64,000 nucleotides of DNA from Nemertoderma westbladi (taxonomy: Eukaryota > Animalia > Xenacoelomorpha). The stretch spans positions 42,286 through 106,285 of the forward strand of contig JAUCBJ010009137.1 in assembly GCA_032718475.1 (NCBI GenBank). Reading direction: 5' to 3'. Under the pieces are notes generated by a model. That model was not told the origin of the DNA. It made no database searches and saw only the letters and a program-made list of their open reading frames with translations. The translations under genes and the position numbers were made by a program. Positions 62,441 to 64,000 of the stretch are shown one piece after another (position 1 is the first letter of the stretch; each line of letters begins with the position of its first letter).

Positions 62441-64000
62441 TTAGAATGTGTTGAACAACATCTCGAGTACGGGCTGGGGTAACATCGATCCATCGATGCC
62501 CATGGCCGGTTTGCGTTCGGTGTCAATGACGTAACGCTGCGCGAGTTCGAATTGTCCATGTCGGAGATTCTTTTGTGTTTCGGTGAGAGTTTCAAAAGAA
62601 TAATCAATCAAGTCGGAACACGCTCGAGTAAACACGTGGGTAGAACCAGCTAATCCGCGGATGTGGATCATGCGCGTAGTTCCTAGCTCTCCGACCGGAA
62701 CGCTACCTTCATTATCGTAGGTGACAACTCCATACATCTCGATAACATTAAGAGTTTCATTCCACTCCTTGGTGGCGTTCTCTAGGGTCATCCCTACTGG
62801 ATGCCACAAGGTGGCGCCTTGGTTAGCGTCAGGGAGATCACTATACTTCACATGCCGAGTGGTATACGTCTCCACAGTTCCATATCTTTGTATTTTCTCT
62901 TCTTCAAATAATACATCTAGATTCCAATGAACTAATCGAGTTTTAATAAATCCATCGAGTTTATAAGGAGTTTCTATATCTTTCTCGATTCGCGAAATGT
63001 TATATGGTTTTCTAAATGAGTTTACCTTTACTAACTGATCCAGATGTTTCTGCAATTGTTCGAGTTCGACAATGTCTAGAGGATTTATTAGTGGTAGAAA
63101 CTTTAAATCATGTGTCGGGTCTTCTGGTTTTACCATATAATATTGAGTCAGATTAACGTAATAAGGGTGGTCTTTAATCCCGTAAAACGAGTTCTGTAAA
63201 GGTCTAGCGCGTATGTTGACATCGTGTACCATACGACGGACAAGATCCGCTCGATTGTCCGGAGGTTCAACGAGTATACCGTCAACACGAGCGGCCTCGA
63301 TCGGCGGACGCTGTAACATAGGGGCGTCAGCGATAAGGTTTTGCGATCCTGTACTGATATCAACCGGTTGAGGTTGTATCGTCGCGAAGAGCTTGTCCCC
63401 GAAATGTGGAATCATCGAGGGATGACGAACGGTTTTAGAGTAGAGGTCCGTCATGAGGATTTGAGCTTCCGGTTGGGCTAAAGCGGCTTCTTCTCTCTCT
63501 TCCAGTTTCGTGTGCTTCTCCTCGAGTAGAATTTCTTCCGCTTGTCTCTGTAAGCGTTCATCTAAAAATTCTTGTAGAGAATACGTGCGTCCAAGCTCGA
63601 TGTCTTCCTCGAGGTTTTGGATTTCCCTATCGAACTGTGGCAAGGCTAACTCCTTCACCGATTGGACTTGTTGTTGTAATTTACGTTTCTCTAAACAATC
63701 TTGTGTTCCCTTTCCGATTTTCTGTCGAATGGCGTCTAAAGCGTTTCTTATAACGCTCTCCTCGACTTCCGTGGCGGGTTGCATCGGGTTTAATCCTGGA
63801 CGATTGTAAGGATCAAAGGGCGATATTAGCTGCCCGCGTCCCAATCCGGCTAAGTAGGATGGGCGGATGTCTAACGAACCCACTACCGGAGCACCACCGA
63901 CTAATTGTTCGGGTAACACTAAGTCTTTGAACAGGGAATATAGTTCGGGAGGATCAGTGATACTGTTAGGATCAAGAGTTTGAGGTCTCACTAGGGAATG
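62441..64000 (-). CDS. Hypothetical protein, >516 aa, uninterrupted frame open to the window edge
   Basis: No stop from 64000 to the TAA at 62441; protein-like composition with a coiled-coil-like segment; less AT-rich than the flank; no motif recognised. Confidence 0.7.
   Translation of the reverse strand, partial: HSLVRPQTLDPNSITDPPELYSLFKDLVLPEQLVGGAPVVGSLDIRPSYLAGLGRGQLISPFDPYNRPGLNPMQPATEVEESVIRNALDAIRQKIGKGTQDCLEKRKLQQQVQSVKELALPQFDREIQNLEEDIELGRTYSLQEFLDERLQRQAEEILLEEKHTKLEEREEAALAQPEAQILMTDLYSKTVRHPSMIPHFGDKLFATIQPQPVDISTGSQNLIADAPMLQRPPIEAARVDGILVEPPDNRADLVRRMVHDVNIRARPLQNSFYGIKDHPYYVNLTQYYMVKPEDPTHDLKFLPLINPLDIVELEQLQKHLDQLVKVNSFRKPYNISRIEKDIETPYKLDGFIKTRLVHWNLDVLFEEEKIQRYGTVETYTTRHVKYSDLPDANQGATLWHPVGMTLENATKEWNETLNVIEMYGVVTYDNEGSVPVGELGTTRMIHIRGLAGSTHVFTRACSDLIDYSFETLTETQKNLRHGQFELAQRYVIDTERKPAMGIDGSMLPQPVLEMLFNTF

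Overview
AT-rich eukaryotic (probably invertebrate) genomic window made almost entirely of transposable elements and repeats; no recognisable host gene. Left to right: a Helentron-type 3' end, minisatellites and a long inverted-repeat (foldback-like) element (1-11 kb); an intact Neptune-type Penelope-like retroelement (PLE) in head-to-tail tandem, carrying an atypical A3-U8 minimal hammerhead ribozyme and ending at an assembly gap (11.2-18.1 kb); Kolobok-like and piggyBac-like non-autonomous DNA transposons (18.5-21.6 kb); a nested retroelement cluster (24-40.3 kb) in which a BEL/Pao gag relic holds an RTE LINE fragment and a Poseidon-type PLE with canonical minimal hammerheads, itself interrupted by a pol-less BEL/Pao element with a 5-bp TSD; a 2.3-kb (TGGC)n tract; a ~20-kb head-to-tail array of two families of non-autonomous Helentron/DINE-1-like elements with family-specific, co-varying termini (42.6-62.4 kb); and a >516-aa uninterrupted ORF of unknown origin running off the right edge. 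All calls are by eye; no database search was run.
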